Shown here piece by piece: positions 12,961 to 28,570 of a stretch of 64,000 nucleotides of DNA. Position numbers and translations under genes: made by a program. The stretch is from Amoeboaphelidium protococcarum X5. Taxonomy: Eukaryota > Fungi > Aphelidiomycota. The notes below the pieces were generated by a model that was not told the origin of the DNA, did no database searches, and was given only the letters and a program-made list of their open reading frames with translations. How positions within the stretch are numbered: the first letter of the stretch is position 1; every line of letters begins with the position of its first letter. The DNA is taken from contig JALDTO010000266.1 of assembly GCA_023515725.1 (NCBI GenBank), positions 929,042 to 993,041 on the forward strand, written 5' to 3'.

Positions 12961-15900
12961 TCAATCCTGTTCAAAATTAGTCTGCTAGTCGTAGTAAGCG
13001 TAACGCTACTTGATGCTTACCAGAGCTTAAATACAGGCCAGTCTCTTGGCAGCAGCACTGGTGTTGCTATAAGCCTGACACAACTGGTCGTCATCCAAGT
13101 AAATTTTACAAATGGACTGATTTACACCACTTTCGTTACACATAATCTTAACTCTATCCTGAGCTATACCGAGCTTGGAACATTCTTCATTAAAATCGCG
13201 CACAGGATTAGCCAACTTTGAATGGTCAGACTCGATACAATGCCGCTTGATAAATGGGACCAAGACGCTATCACCAATGATCTTCCAGACAGCGTGTAAG
13301 TTACAACCAGAATTTAAATACAATGCACCGACGAAGCTTTCAAAAACATCTCCAAGAACTTTAGGCGCCTCAAATGGCATCATATTAGGATGGATATTCT
13401 AATTTGCTTGAACTGCAAGCCATTGAGTAAACAGGTCAATATCCGTTTGCAGTTGCTGAGTTTCATGCCTAATATATTAGTGCAATCCTAGCTGACATCC
13501 CAATCTAGCGAACGAAGTATTGTTCACTATGACTTGACGAATATCGCTCATATCAGAAGATTAAGCCGTGGGGAACTAATCATGAATATACTTGGTCACA
13601 AGCCAATCTAAAACAGCATCACCAAGAAACTCTAATCTCTAGTAAGACAGCACACTACTATTGTTCTTGGACAAGTGAGTGAAAGCTTCAGCAAAGATAC
13701 CAACATTGATCATCTCAAAGTTCAATTGCTGCTCTAACGCACTGTACTTTCCACTAATCACTTTCTGTAATACTTATTTCTACGCAGTTACAGCAATAGA
13801 ATCCAACTCATGCTACTAAATAAATCCAATTCGAACCAAATACTTATTCACTGCATCAGCATTTCCAGCACCATCATCATCATTAAATGAAAAACAGTGA
13901 GCACCTACTAAACTCTCAAAGAAATCGGCAATCATCTTACTGCTCAACTAATTTTCAACTAGGAGGCGATCATCTCTGCCCATGGCTCTCTTCATACCGC
14001 ACCATCTCCACGTCTTGAGATTTAGGGGAGATGCAATGAGATAGCCAGGCAGCTCATTTTACACTGATAGCTCATACAGTTTGGCATTGCTAACTCTATT
14101 AGCACGCAGAGTACTAAGTCCGCCTTCATCAAGTTGAGGCTGCATTACGTACAGGATCGCAGTGACAATGTACTTCAAGTAAGAATCTCCCAAGGTCTCT
14201 AAGCGTTCATAATTGACATCCTCATTAGCATTAGGAGCAATGAAAGCAGGATATAGCTACTCAATGGATAAACTGCAATCAAACTTCTTCTTGAATTCTT
14301 AAATAATCAGCTGACTCTCAATCTTGTGCAAAACAGAAGGCACTAAAGAGAATAAAGACTGTACATCATCATAGAATTGGACAACATAGCACAACTCTGG
14401 AGGAAGATAGACAAACGCGCGACGTTCATCTTGCCGCTACACTAACCTCTTTGGACGCGAAAGGTTCCGCAGTCCTGGAGCATAAAGTGCCTGGATAAGA
14501 TTAAGATCTGGTCTTTTTAACTTAATTTTATACTTGTCCAGGTAATACTACTCGAATGTTCTGTCATTGACATTGATAAGATCTTCTTCCTATTCCACAT
14601 TGTCCTGATCGTCAATCTCTCCCTCCTCCACACTATCACTTTTCACCTTGTTGACATCAGCACCAATTTACACGGCAGACTAATTTTCCAAAGAGTCAGA
14701 CAACTTGGACTTTTAAGTAAAGTCACTCTTACCACATGATATATACTTGTTCATTGTATGCTGTGCAATAATGTATTAATCTCGCGTACGGTATTCAACA
14801 CATTCGGATAGGGGATGATCAGATGCTTTGTAACTGCAAACCTTTTCAATCGTATCAAAATCTATAGAATATCGCTATTACTCACTATTGTCACCATATT
14901 AATATAGCGATAGAGGAGCGACATAGTACCACTTCTTACCATGCATGGGCAAGGCTGTAGATAATCTATTAACACCATTAAACTAAGTGTCAACACTATT
15001 GATTAGCAGAGTAAATACTTTTAGATCGAATTCCAGAATTTACTAAAACTAAGTAAGCGAAAGCTGTGTCAACTCTTGGCCAGTACAGTCCACTGAGCAT
15101 TTTACAACCTGACCATCTATGTAGACACTAAAGTCACAAAGTTCCGCATCAATTTTAGCGAGAGTTAACAGTCCAAATACGCGACAACTCATACTATTTC
15201 CACCTTATTCATTTCCCATATTTTAATTGATTTTAATCACAGTGAGCCATCTGCACTCAGAAACATCATAATGTATCAGTGGGCGACCATGAACGATACC
15301 AGATAGAATTTCATTCAAACTGAGATACTGGACAAAGTCGACTTCAACGTGTAAACTCTATGCCACAACTTTTCTATAATATTTCACCTTTTTAACGTCC
15401 ATGAACACCTTCTTCTCCGACTTTATGGTGAGCTTAGCCTGCTGCTCTAGTTATTGAATCTATATGGCAGCCTAGTGGTACGCGCTTCTACGAGCAATCA
15501 AATTATTCAACCTCAATCCACCCAAGATTTCCCTAGTAGACAATAGGGATGGCTGAGGCAACTTGAGAGCTATCTGATGTTGTAAACAATCACTGCGAGC
15601 ATTATACTACAGAGGCTATATACTCTACCTTCGATGATAATTGTCCAAACTAAGATTGGAGCAATGTTACTGCACCACCTACATTGACTATTCTAAACTA
15701 AAATCGGCAAATCCCATCAGAGAGAAGATTTAAGAATACAACTCTGGGTCCATTTTTATCAACAAGCCATTGCGACTGTACTATAATCTCTTACTCTCCT
15801 ATTGCAACAGATATTCAACTAATGGCGACTAAATTTATGATGAATGATCATCTCCACTCTCAGTCTTAATAAAGAAGCATTACTGATTAGAAATTACATT

Positions 15901-17046
15901 CCAAAACTTGTTCATGTTCACACTCTCGTCAAATATAATCAATAGATCAACATGACTAAGAGGAGGCTCAGTGGATATAACGATATTACAATCTTGATTA
16001 TTTCCATTATAGTTGCACTTGATCTAATCCAACTTGAGACCATTAAAGAAATCACATAGCAGCTTTGCCGTTGCCTTTCTATCAACAGCAATTAACACTC
16101 TAGGTGGAACTTTACTTGTATCACTATTATCATTCACGGTAATTACTGCAGATTCATCAGTCACACCTCTATCCTATATCAACGATTATAAGATATTGAG
16201 TAGAGAGAACACTTTATCAGAAATGAGCCTCAGGTCTAAATCATTAATCAACTGAAGTAAATTAAGTTCAGGTAAAGCAGTCTTGAACAGCATCAACTAA
16301 TCCACACTACCGCCGCTATTCCCCAACTGCTAATGAGAAAACTCCACCATTTGGGGAATGGCCACTAATTTGAATACACCGTCTTCATCAACATGACTCC
16401 TCTTTAGATGAACTTTAGGCACGGACCGCTTCAAAGTGTTAATGTACTCCAGTGCCAATGCAGCCTAAAAGTATAGGCCCAACTCTTTCATATCATGAAC
16501 CATCTTAATCATTTTATTCATCTTATTGACGGCAGAGGTATCGCGTGCAGCATTATGTAAATTGACCAACAAGGACATATAATGACTATACGCGACATCC
16601 ACATCACAACCAGATTTTAATTAGAATTGGGGAAACTAATGATGAGCATTATTGGGAGAGTACAGCTGAACGGAACGCGTAATTGGTTCATCAATGTACA
16701 ATGTACGAGACTATTGTGACAGAGAGGATGAAGTGAAATTTACAACAATCACTTGCTTCTATGACACATACTTTCCAGGTACATTGGCAGCAGACTCATC
16801 ATCATCAATAACAATACACTTGACACTGTGGATCATGTCAGAAGGGGTTGAATTGAAAGATACCAGAGAAGTGTCAATGTAATGTACATAATCACCGGCA
16901 TTTCCATAGATAACGACAGATTTTGAGTACAGCTCACACAGAACTGCAATCAAAAATTATTTAAATTACAAACTGCACAGAACTCTATGTAGATCTTACT
17001 GCAATTTTTACACTACTTGCTACACAAACTATTGTATGGTGTCCAT
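12961..17046 (-). CDS. Dicer-like RNase III protein with degenerate helicase region, PAZ-like region, tandem RNase III domains and dsRBD (1361 aa, intronless)
   Basis: NYERLETLGDSYLKY, SKMIADFFESLVGA, SYQRLEFLGDAVLD, APKVLGDVFESFVGALY, C-terminal NPVRDFNE...AAKRLAC. Confidence 0.9.
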
Positions 17047-17140
17047 TTTTACTGTAGTTACCGAATTAATAATGATAAGAGAAAAGGAAATAAAACGCGC
17101 CCGGTTGACCAAGCGAGAGAAAATATTTCTTCGACTGAGC

Positions 17141-17173
17141 AGAGAGAGAGAGAGAGAGAAAGAGAAAGAGAGA
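17141..17173. repeat. (GA)n microsatellite
   Basis: agagagagag run upstream of the Dicer gene. Confidence 0.85.
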
Positions 17174-17391
17174 GGCTTCAAAGCTTTTTACTGTAGATCG
17201 CGTACTGAAAGTCAGCTAAATAGCGTAATAGTGTCCAGCATCTTGCCAAGTTTTAAATAAGAAAATAATCAGAAACAAAATTAAAACAATAGAAATTCAT
17301 AAAAAATAATCGACAAAGATACTTCATTCCATGCAACTATAGTTGTATCACACAAATGCACACACAAATTAGCACAGAGGAGAGTGAATCA

Positions 17392-18773
<1,382 letters not shown>

Positions 18774-19034
18774 CTTAAATCTTGAAGTTTTAAATTGATA
18801 ATAAAGTATATAATACCGGTGACGAGTATTACTACGAGAGCGTTAACATTAAAGAAAGAGACGAGAGACAAAGCAGTTTTGTTTCGAATTGGAATCGCCG
18901 CTCAAGAAAGATTTAGCTTCTAGCGCGACAACACACCAGGTCAGTCAGTCAGTCAATTAGAGGCAGAAATTTAGAATTCTCAAAGCAATGTTTTCATATA
19001 ATTTCAAAGAATAATACTAAAATATTAACAAAAT

Positions 19035-19703
19035 TCACATCTTGGACTACTCTGAGGATGAGGGGGATTTCTACTTTTTCTCCAAGCCCTCCTTGACCAA
19101 ATTACTGATGGATTTAAACTTGTCGTGTTTCGCATCACGAACCAGCTGAAACAAGAGAGAATCCGTCGTGCTCACAGTGACGCGATTGGATCCGTTCTGC
19201 GCCGAGGATCCATCGAGTTGACTCAATCTCTTTATGGCAATCTCCTTCTCATACAGCGACGAGGCGGATATGGCATCATGAGCCAGATTCACATTGTATC
19301 CCAATTCGAAGAGATCAACGGTAGTCTGGAGTATGCAAACGTGAGCCTCAATTCCAGTCAGAATAAAATGTTGGATATTTTTCATTTTCTGCAATTCATG
19401 TACAAACTGTGGAGTGACCATGGAGAAGAGCGATTTCTACTCAAAGTTTCTCACTTGCAACGTGTCCTTGTTCTACTCCATTATCTGCTTCAACTCTCCC
19501 ACTGTATTACCGAATGCCTTTGGGTATTGTTCACTTACAAACACCGGCATACTGAGTTCATTTGCAGCGTGTACTAGCCTGGATGCATTATAGATCATGC
19601 TGTCATAATTCACAATAGATGATCTGAATCTCTCCTGAATGTCACAAATCAATACAGCAGTATTAGAATGATGAGGTAACAGCTTGGACATTTTTCTCAA
19701 CAT
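19035..19703 (-). CDS. Isochorismatase-domain protein (ISOC1/2-like) ending in -SKM
   Basis: ICDIQERFR, SEQYPKAFGNTV, KSLFSMV, GIEAHVCILQT; the frame continues through TAG codons to SKM-TGA. Confidence 0.88.
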
Positions 19704-20015
19704 TTCACTAATTCTTTCTCTTTCTTAATAGTGGAATTGATCAGTGAGTCAGTAATAGTTACCCGAACAGAGTCTTCTGAGACAGATCGTATAAACTGAA
19801 TAACAACGACAATGTTTAACGCGAAGAAAGTTCTAACGCGGGCGGCTGTTGAATATAATGAGAAAACCCAATTCGATCAGTCCAGTTGACTGCTCTTATG
19901 AGTTATTAGAACATTAGATCTACTCAAATCGCTCAACTTCACAGCTAATCTTTACAAACATTCCATGAAATAATATAAAAGTATAAAGTCAGCGATAATG
20001 ATATATATCAAATAA

Positions 20016-20657
20016 TCAAGTTCCTTCACGCGATGTCAAAGTGTATAGTCCAAGTATGGCCAAAAGTCCAAACTTGAGCATTGGGTAATCATTCATCCAG
20101 ATGGTGAACATTCCAGCATACGGAATGTACCCAACCACTATTCCCATCATATCTTCGCGGTGCAAGTATTCCTACTTGGCATTGTACAGTCCGCGGTCAT
20201 CCACCGGGTTATTGTCTCCCTTAGTGAGGATGTATTGCTTTATACTCTTATCACCACCATTCTTGGGTGTAGCGTGTCTTAGCGATAGGAAATCAGTTAA
20301 CGAACCGACAATAGCCTTCTCATCTTCAACGGCACTTCCAGTAAAGTTTAGCTACTGATTGTGCAATTTTACTACTCTGTGCACTATCGGAATGTCTTTC
20401 CCATGTAGCTTGTACACTGTAACATCGCCCAACTTGATATCTCTGTGTCTAGGCAAGTGCAAGAATAGAATGTCTCCACGATAGAATAGCGGTTCCATCG
20501 ATCCACTCAGAACAACCACAATTGGACTTTCAGTATTTAGCACGACGGATGCGCCTTTCCATGCCATGTACGCTCCACTCACAACCAGTAATAAGTTGAC
20601 AAATTAAACCAAAGTCTACCGCAAGCTCTTTGTTCCCAATAATTTATTCAAATCCAT
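20016..20657 (-). CDS. SEC11: Signal peptidase complex catalytic subunit
   Basis: [53 protein letters not shown]. Confidence 0.96.
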
Positions 20658-20996
20658 GCCAAATGTGAAACTCGATATTCTTCAGTCTTACGGCAATGAT
20701 CAACAACAATAACAAAGTGAGATGTAAAATAGTGCAATTTTCTACTACAACAACTGGAGTGTGTGTTACAGTCCACAAGAAAGATGCAGCGCATTTAACA
20801 ACAGAAGCGCGCGAAGTTCTCTCTCTCGCGAGCGCTCTCTATTTAACAGAGAAACTCTTCGCGATCGAAACAGTAACTTTGCTGAGCGCTGCTGCCAATT
20901 GATCCAGTATAATTCTAGCAGATATTCGCCTCGCGTATATATTTAGAGTCATTAGTTAAGTGTGAGATTAAATATCGATAGTTTTAATTGATTGGT

Positions 20997-21389
20997 ATGA
21001 GTGCAAGATATAATCCAGAGTTGGTTCTCTGTAGAAAATAAACTGGAATTAGTGTTGGTAGATTGTGTGCAAGATGCGAGGGAAAGTGTGTAATGTGTGA
21101 TTCCTACGTACGCGCTCATACTCCTGTACGGATATGCGATGAGTGTAATTTCATATAATAGTAGTAACGAGAGACTTCAACATCAATTGCATCTGATTAA
21201 AGTAGTAGCGGTGGGAAGTGTATCATTTGCAACGGGCGAGGAGTATCAGACGCGTATTATTGCCGAAGTTGTGTCATTTTGCAAAGAGATCGTGATGGCT
21301 GTCCCAAAGTTGTCAACATCAGCACCTCTTATAAAGATTACTTTTATGAGAAGAAGGGTTCTGGCTCTGCATTCAACTATTACAATTGA
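20997..21389 (+). CDS. PHF5A: PHD finger-like splicing factor PHF5A/RDS3
   Basis: [28 protein letters not shown]...VRICDECNF...DAYYC...[10 protein letters not shown]. Confidence 0.93.
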
Positions 21390-21676
21390 TGGTGATTTCC
21401 CATGAAATTGATAGTCCTCCCGTTCCATTATCTCGTGGATTTTCCAATCTAGCTGTACGCGATAGGATATGCTACGCTTGATTTACATTTACACTTAGCT
21501 GTAATGTTTGTCTTTACATACATAGGAATTTTTGTTTAAAAGGCTTGAATTCATTCTTTTATTTCTCTTTAGCAACTATTTCTCTTTCTCTCACTCTTTT
21601 ACTCTTTGCCGATAAACTTTCAATTGATCCGCATTCAGCAGGTTAGTTCAGCATTGATAACTCTTGGTGTGCAATT

Positions 21677-23692
21677 ATGGACCCGGAGGATATATAACAA
21701 GTTATATAATAGCTGGCAGAAGACTAGTCTGCGGGTGAATTTATAAGCGATGATCAGCCGTAGAATTTGGACAATGATGAAGAATTTGGTAATAGCCATA
21801 ACAGCAATAAAGATGATGAAATGGACTTGTACGCTGTGCTTAACGTTCCACGCGACGCGTCATTGGATTAGATCAAAGCTGCTTATAAGCGTCTATCCAT
21901 GCTGTATCACCCAGATAAACATCATTAAAAGTCATCTGATGGGTAGAATAACACGGAATTATAGCAAGTGCATGTACTTGAGGACCAATTTATGCGTGTC
22001 AATACTTCTTATGAGATTCTCAGTGATTAATAGATGAGGCAAATGTATGATCTTCATGGTATGGATGGTGTTCATATGATGAGAAACTGGAAAGTGGGTC
22101 CTTAGTTGAAGACTGCATAGGAGCTATAGAACTATTATGAGTACAAGCGATTAGAGCAGAAGAAACAAGAAGTTGAGCAGCTGAATTCGACCATCGCAGG
22201 ACAGGTGGAGATGACTGTTGATGCTAAACGCGTATTCAAGTTTCTATCTGGTTCCACTGATGCGGATGATGATATGGATGGCTTTTAACCGTCTCTACCA
22301 TGGTAAGGAAGTTATTCCGAATCTGCGAATGATCTGATCCAACGACTAACACCGAAGGTTGAAAGTATAGTTTTACAGTCCAATAATGAAATTTCCATTT
22401 CAGACTCGGACACTGTAAGTGTGGGCGGTGTTCTGTTGAATAAAGGTATTCGAGGTGGTGGATATTCTCTCCTATCATGGAGGCGGTAGATGCTACACGG
22501 GAGGTTTGTGGAGAGTACTTTGCAATTAGGTTCTTAGTCTCTGCTTTCATTAGGATTTGGTGGTGTCCTAAATGTGAGTAAGTCTTTCGCATAAGTCAGT
22601 TCTAATTAGATGCAAATGCCAGTAATGTTCAATTGTGGATTGTAATTTCATCATTGGATCTTGGATTGTCCTCCTCACGTGGAAGTTACTCTTAGTCGAG
22701 CCATCAGTGTAAAAAGTGGAATCGTTGGCAGTCTTACGTACAAGTCTGGTGATTGGATTCTTGGCTAATGGGGTAGGGAGTTTTTTGGTGATAATCATCA
22801 ATTACAAGATTCTATCACCGCCTCCATCGAAAGATCTGTTCCGTAACTTGGCTCCACTTGGAACTCGTACGTGACTTTGGGGATGCTTGGAATGGAAGTT
22901 GGCGGTAGGTATTCCGTAAAGATTGCCAAGTAGGCATCAATATACACGTCTGTTAAAGTATCCTCTCTGAGTTCATCGTCGCTATCTATAGGATACAGGC
23001 AAACTGTGTGGGATCGATATCACTCAGTAAGCGTAAGTCTATCGCAACAGTTGGATGGATTGTCCATGATAAAGTTGAAGTTTACGCGTTATGCTTAATC
23101 TTTTGGGTTGCCAATTATTGTGAGTGATGAGTTTAATGTCGCAGCATTGCTCATAGCTGCTGGAGTTCCTTTAGTTGTGAGTGGCTTAGTTAGATAACTG
23201 TACATTTAGCCTGGTAGAAGGAAGCTTAAATAGTAGAAGATTATGGAATAAAAGAAGTAGATGCAAGAAAGTGTGACGTCAAAGTTTAATGATCTAAAAG
23301 TAACTGTGGAGGCTATGAAGTCCAAGTATGAAAGTGTTGTGGAGTATGAGTGCAAGAATAGTGGTTTGATCATTGAAATGGCTCTGTACGGCTATGGTTT
23401 AGATTAACAACTTCAACTAGGTGGTGAATAAAGTCCTAGTAGTGTCGACGAATGGTAGTATATCGATTGCACTGTGATGTTGCAACTACTCGTTCAAGAC
23501 TCCAAGTTGGTATTGGATAGTGGCGGATCAAAGTCAAAGCTTATGGGATTGTTTGATCCTTGCCCATGGTATGCTAAATCTTAACGTAAACAACTCTATA
23601 TCAAGTACACGTTTAATGATTAGCTTCATGTCGCGCTGTTTGAAGATAAAGAGTCTGTAATTTTGCCACAAAAACGTCATTTGATATTGTGA
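21677..23692 (+). CDS. DNAJC11: DnaJ subfamily C member 11-like protein
   Basis: J-domain DLYAVLNVPRDAS...YHPDK; C-terminal GLIIEMALYG, IDCTVMLQLLV, SKSKLMGLFDPCP...LPQKRH. Confidence 0.85.
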
Positions 23693-23928
23693 CGGAATGC
23701 GTAATATATAATAGACTGTTGATGTTCATCATTTGATGCTTACTTTAAGGGGTGCTCTGAGTGAAAGACGTAGTGGTTTATATGGCACGGCCGCCGCCCC
23801 TATAATGTCTCCGTTCAACCTCCGCCGCAGCTTTTACTTCTATTTAATTCTCTTTGCAACTAAAAGATTTATTTATTGCTTTGTATACTGCTTTTTAGAT
23901 TAGATTACTACTATTGAAGTAACAGTGT

Positions 23929-25373
23929 ATGGATTAGAGCGAATTACGTGCAAGGCTTTTGAATTTGAGGAGTCAACCCGGACTGGGCAATGATCAATGC
24001 GCTGATTGTGGTCAAAGCGGTAAGACTTTCGTCATAATGACGCGTTAATAATAGTATTAATTCATAAAATTTATATGCTTGTAGACCCAGATTGGATTAG
24101 CGTTAATATCGGTGCATTTATATGTGTCAACTGTTGCGGTACTCACAGACACTTGGGCACTCATGTCAGCAGGATTAAATCGATAAAGCTGGATGACTGG
24201 ACTGATTAGTTTGTGGAAAAGGTTGAACTGGCCGGTGGTAATTCGGCGGTGAATGATGAGTTTCTATGCAATCTTCCGCCGTACTGGAAGAGACCATAGG
24301 TGGGTGTGAATGATCCTGCGTATGTGCGCGAAGAGTTTATTATCAACAAGTACAAGCGACGATTATTCCATACGTCTAGTCCGCGTCCAGAGATGGTGCC
24401 TGTTAAGGGCGGCTTCTTGTGGAAAAAGTCAAGCAAAGATCAAGATTCTAATAGTAAATGGACTCAAAAGTTTTTTATGCTTAGTGGATCGCGCCTGGTG
24501 TGTTATAAATCACCGGATAATATTTAGAAGCCCATAGGAGAGTTCAGTCTGTATGACGCGAAGATTTACCTCGCTGATAAATTATGCGGACGAAAATTTT
24601 CAATCCACCTAGTGGCTGGTATCAATACTTAAGAATTGTAGTAGAGTGGTTCGGACAATATTCCTGCAGAGAGTTGGTTTTTATCAGCAGATAGTGGGCA
24701 ACTTGTACTGGAATGGCTCAATTTATTTCGACTGGCCAGATTTAAAGATTTTGCTGCTTTAAGCACACCTTTATATTAGCAAATTTGTTTTGATTATTAG
24801 CATTAAGGTCCATTGATTAAACTGAATGCTCTAATATCCATGTCTGAGGATAACACTGGTAATAATAGTCACGCTTCATCCACTGATAAATGGTACAATT
24901 ACAAGTCTTCGAAAAAAGTAAAGTGGGAGTCTTATTATGCATCTTTAGATAAGAATCATATTTTATTTAAAAAGACATACCTCAGTCATTATTCTTAAGC
25001 AATAATAGAGTTTAGCTCTGATTGTCGACTAGAAGCGGTGCCATTAGATCGATGGATTGTTGACACTTAGGAGTCCGTAGATTCGAGTAACTCTGAAGGT
25101 TCTGATCTATAATAGCTATCCCCATATGGTGTCAGCTAGGACTTGCTGTAATAACTTAGGAAACAGAAATAGTAAGCTAATAGTTTTGTGCTGAATATAA
25201 GTGGGAATTCAATAACTTTTGCAGATTATGGATTGAGTAAGCCTTCAAAGTAAATATTTACTCAGTTGACCTTAATTTTGGCGTGTGAATCCTCATCTGA
25301 TCAAAGTGGCTGGATGCAGGCAATCAATTAGTTAAAGCCATTGGAAAAGGAAGATATTGAGCTGGACCGATGA
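23929..25373 (+). CDS. ArfGAP with PH domains (ADAP/centaurin-alpha-like); intron ~24020-24084
   Basis: [57 protein letters not shown] motif [17 protein letters not shown]. Confidence 0.85.
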
Positions 25374-25440
25374 TATTAAAGTTGATTTGTGTTTTAATAG
25401 TATAGTATAGTTATATACATCTAATATGTAAGTATTTCAT

Positions 25441-26367
25441 TCAGTAAAATGCTATAGCGCGTTCTTTCTATCCAAAGTCTATCCAAATCTGAGCTGTTCT
25501 AAACAGATGTCGGAACATGTCTAGAATCTACTCGGTTTAATGCGCACCTCCTATTTCAAGTACTAATTTAGGAATTTGCCTGATATAAATGTCATTGAGG
25601 GGATTATCTAATTCAGCTTTAGAGACTGTAAACTATCCTAATGAGCGAGTTGAACAAGATTCTGACCCTGATTATTTCATCAATTCCAGTAAACGACGAT
25701 AATAAGACAATCCATCCTGATTGCTCACATTACCAGTAATAGCGCGTCTATCTTCCCATAATTTAACACTAGACTAAACACCACCATCACATACATCCGA
25801 GTAGTTGAAATCATTGTCTGATATGTAAGGCGGATTACAGACTATCAAATCAAATTTTCTACTGATATCATCGAGCTTTGACGTGAAGATATCTTGGACA
25901 CAGTACCGCACCCGCTTATCGAGACAAAGTTTGCGCGCATTCAAATTAGCAACTTGGACAGCACGGCGCGACACATCAACTCCTTTTACGTGCACTTGAG
26001 GTATGTAGTTAGCCAGGTGGAGCGATATACATCCGCTTCCACTGCAGACGTCCAAAACATTCAGCTTCGATTTTTTGTCGTAAAGCTTAAGATCCAGTTA
26101 GATGATGTTTCTAAGTACTAATGACCATTACTCCGTCTCTGGACGTGGAATGAGAACATCAGATCGTATAACCAGATCCTATGGCAATTCACCAAACGGC
26201 TGTGACTTGAGTATATATGCAAGCGGTTTATCCTTGACAAAGTGCTGATATTCCGCGAATTTTACGCGCTATGCCACAGTCATAATACTAGAACCACTAT
26301 GGTATCGATCATGATTAAAGTGCTCTCTGATCCACCGTTTAACTGCTGAGGACTTTTATAAGGACAT
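25441..26367 (-). CDS. HemK/PrmC-family release-factor glutamine methyltransferase (MTQ1-like)
   Basis: KPLAYILKSQPF, VLIPRPETE, LDVCSGSGCI, DLIVCNPPYI. Confidence 0.88.
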
Positions 26368-26534
26368 GAATCTCAACAGTAGGTAGGTACAGGAGGTGGG
26401 TGTCTGATCGTGAAGCAACACTCTGCGCAAAGAAATATACCACCAAAAATAAAAATTAATAATAATCAAGACTAAATATTAAGATTGTAATACTTTTATT
26501 CACGTAGATATGATGACATCTGTTCAGTCAGTGA

Positions 26535-26882
26535 TCATTCTTCCAGAACCTGAGTCTACAATCCCTTGAAAGATGTGACAGGGACAAAGCTGCAGACAAC
26601 GTACAACTTCTCTTTAGGATTCTCCTCCTCACTTCTCTTTCTGGACATCTGGACGCGTAGTCTGTTAGGCAAGTTCTTGATACCATTTGACCAGACAGCC
26701 TGATTTAAAGATGTGTCAATACGTACATCAGTAGTGCCCATCACTTTGGTGGCAAACTATTTAATCTTCTTGATTGCAGTAGGTGCACGCTTCTTAAACT
26801 ACTTTCCATAGGTCAGTTTGTGCAGATTGACTGTGTAAATACGCGATACAACGTCCTAAGCAGCGGATCTCTCAGTAGCCAT
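26535..26882 (-). CDS. RPL31: 60S ribosomal protein L31
   Basis: [50 protein letters not shown]. Confidence 0.96.
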
Positions 26883-27150
26883 TTTCTATCTATGTTTATA
26901 CAAACTAATGCAAGTTTTTAGGCTAAAGTCCTCAAAAGCGATTAAATTAGAGCAATGACGGACGTTCAGATTTGAAGGAAAGGTTAAAATTTTGAACGCG
27001 CATCTAAGGTCGGTTAGTTGAAGAGCCGCCCGCGGATTGACTCTCTCGCGTTACGTTTGAGATGAGAAGCAAGAAAGAAAGAAAGAAAAGCGGTGAAAAT
27101 CTGTCAAATTCTGATTGTATTACAGAAGGACAGTTACAAGGATAGGAATA

Positions 27151-27771
27151 ATGGCACCTAATATATTCATAACTGGAAGTGTTGGCACAGGAAAGTCTAG
27201 GCTATCTAAAAAGCTGTAAAGTCTATGTTAATCACAACTGGGCATAGATTATGAAATCCTGAATCTATCACAAATTGCGATCGAAAAATAATTCTATGAA
27301 GAATTCGATGAGCAGTTAGACACATATGTAGTTGATGAAGACGCGTTATATGAGTATCTATGTGAGTATATGCAGCAAGAGGACAAAAGTTTTATTGTAG
27401 ACTACCACTCTGCCTCCTCTATTCCTGAGAGTATGATTGATCTTATCGTGATTCTCCATTGCAACACTGAAACCCAATTTGATCGGTTACTTGCGAGGAA
27501 GTATAGCGAGGTGAAAATTCGATCTAATGTGGAAGCAGAGATAATGCAAGTTGTCAAAGAGGAAGTTTATGAATATTTTGGGCCTAAAGCTTGTTATGGA
27601 GAGCGTGATGATGATGATGATAATGGTAGCGATATTAGCGGTTGCACTTCATCGTCAGACGCTTCAGAATCGAATAACTGTATAATTGTCGAATTAGATA
27701 ATAACAATTAGGACGATCTCTCTAACAATCTTGATCGTATTATATCATGGATTGACTAAAATGTGAATTGA
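27151..27771 (+). CDS. AK6: Adenylate kinase 6 (FAP7/AK6)
   Basis: PNIFITGSVGTGKS, IVDYH, DRLLARKYSEVKIRSNVEAEIMQVV. Confidence 0.88.
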
Positions 27772-27873
27772 TGAAATTTGTAAATAGATTCTTTAATTGT
27801 TAAAGTCCCGATACTGATCTTTTCTCTCTCTCTTTCTCTCTCTCTTTCTCTTTCTCTTGCATTATAATTCAAA

Positions 27874-28288
27874 ATGGGTAAAACTAAAAAGTCGTAGTAG
27901 AAAGCGAAAAGCAAGTAGACTCTTATAACTGAGCAGTCGCATGATAGGATGAATTACTTGTCTCAATTGAGCTTATATGCGGCTGTTGACACTTCTAATC
28001 CGTAAATGTAATCTCTCAGCGCGTTCTATGCATAGTCGGCGTTTAAAACGTCGTTACGAACTCAATCTAAAGTGTATGAATTTATCCTTATGAATTTAAA
28101 TTTATTTATATAAATCTATCTGTAGAACAGCATCATATAAAAGAATTTATTGTCAGATATGCAGTTGTACACTGGTACAAGGAGTAAACTGTATTACGCG
28201 ATCTCATCCGCGTGCCAGCGTGAAATATTCGCGCCTATGCAATGGATGCAAATCGAAAGTATTCCCCTCTTTTAATAAGAAGAGCTGA
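27874..28288 (+). CDS. RNase P subunit RPP21/RPR2-like; one intron
   Basis: HDRMNYLSQ, KRIYCQICSCTLVQGVNC, CNGC zinc-binding pairs. Confidence 0.7.
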
Positions 28289-28570
28289 ATTGCTGAGCCT
28301 ATCTGCAAATTGCTTTACTGGATCATAATGTGAAGGCTTCTCAATAGCAGACTTATTAATGATGATGATGATGGTTAACCAATAGAATGTGTAACATATC
28401 AATGTGCAACGGAAGTAGGATATTTTTAGATCTGTCGCGACCATTTTGTGTTTTTGCTTGCCGACGGCCATTAAGAGATTTTCTCTTTGAAACACAGATA
28501 CTTTATCTTCAAGTCAACTGCTAGTCTAAGTGTATAAGACTGCTGGATTAATTATTAAAAATTTTGCAGA

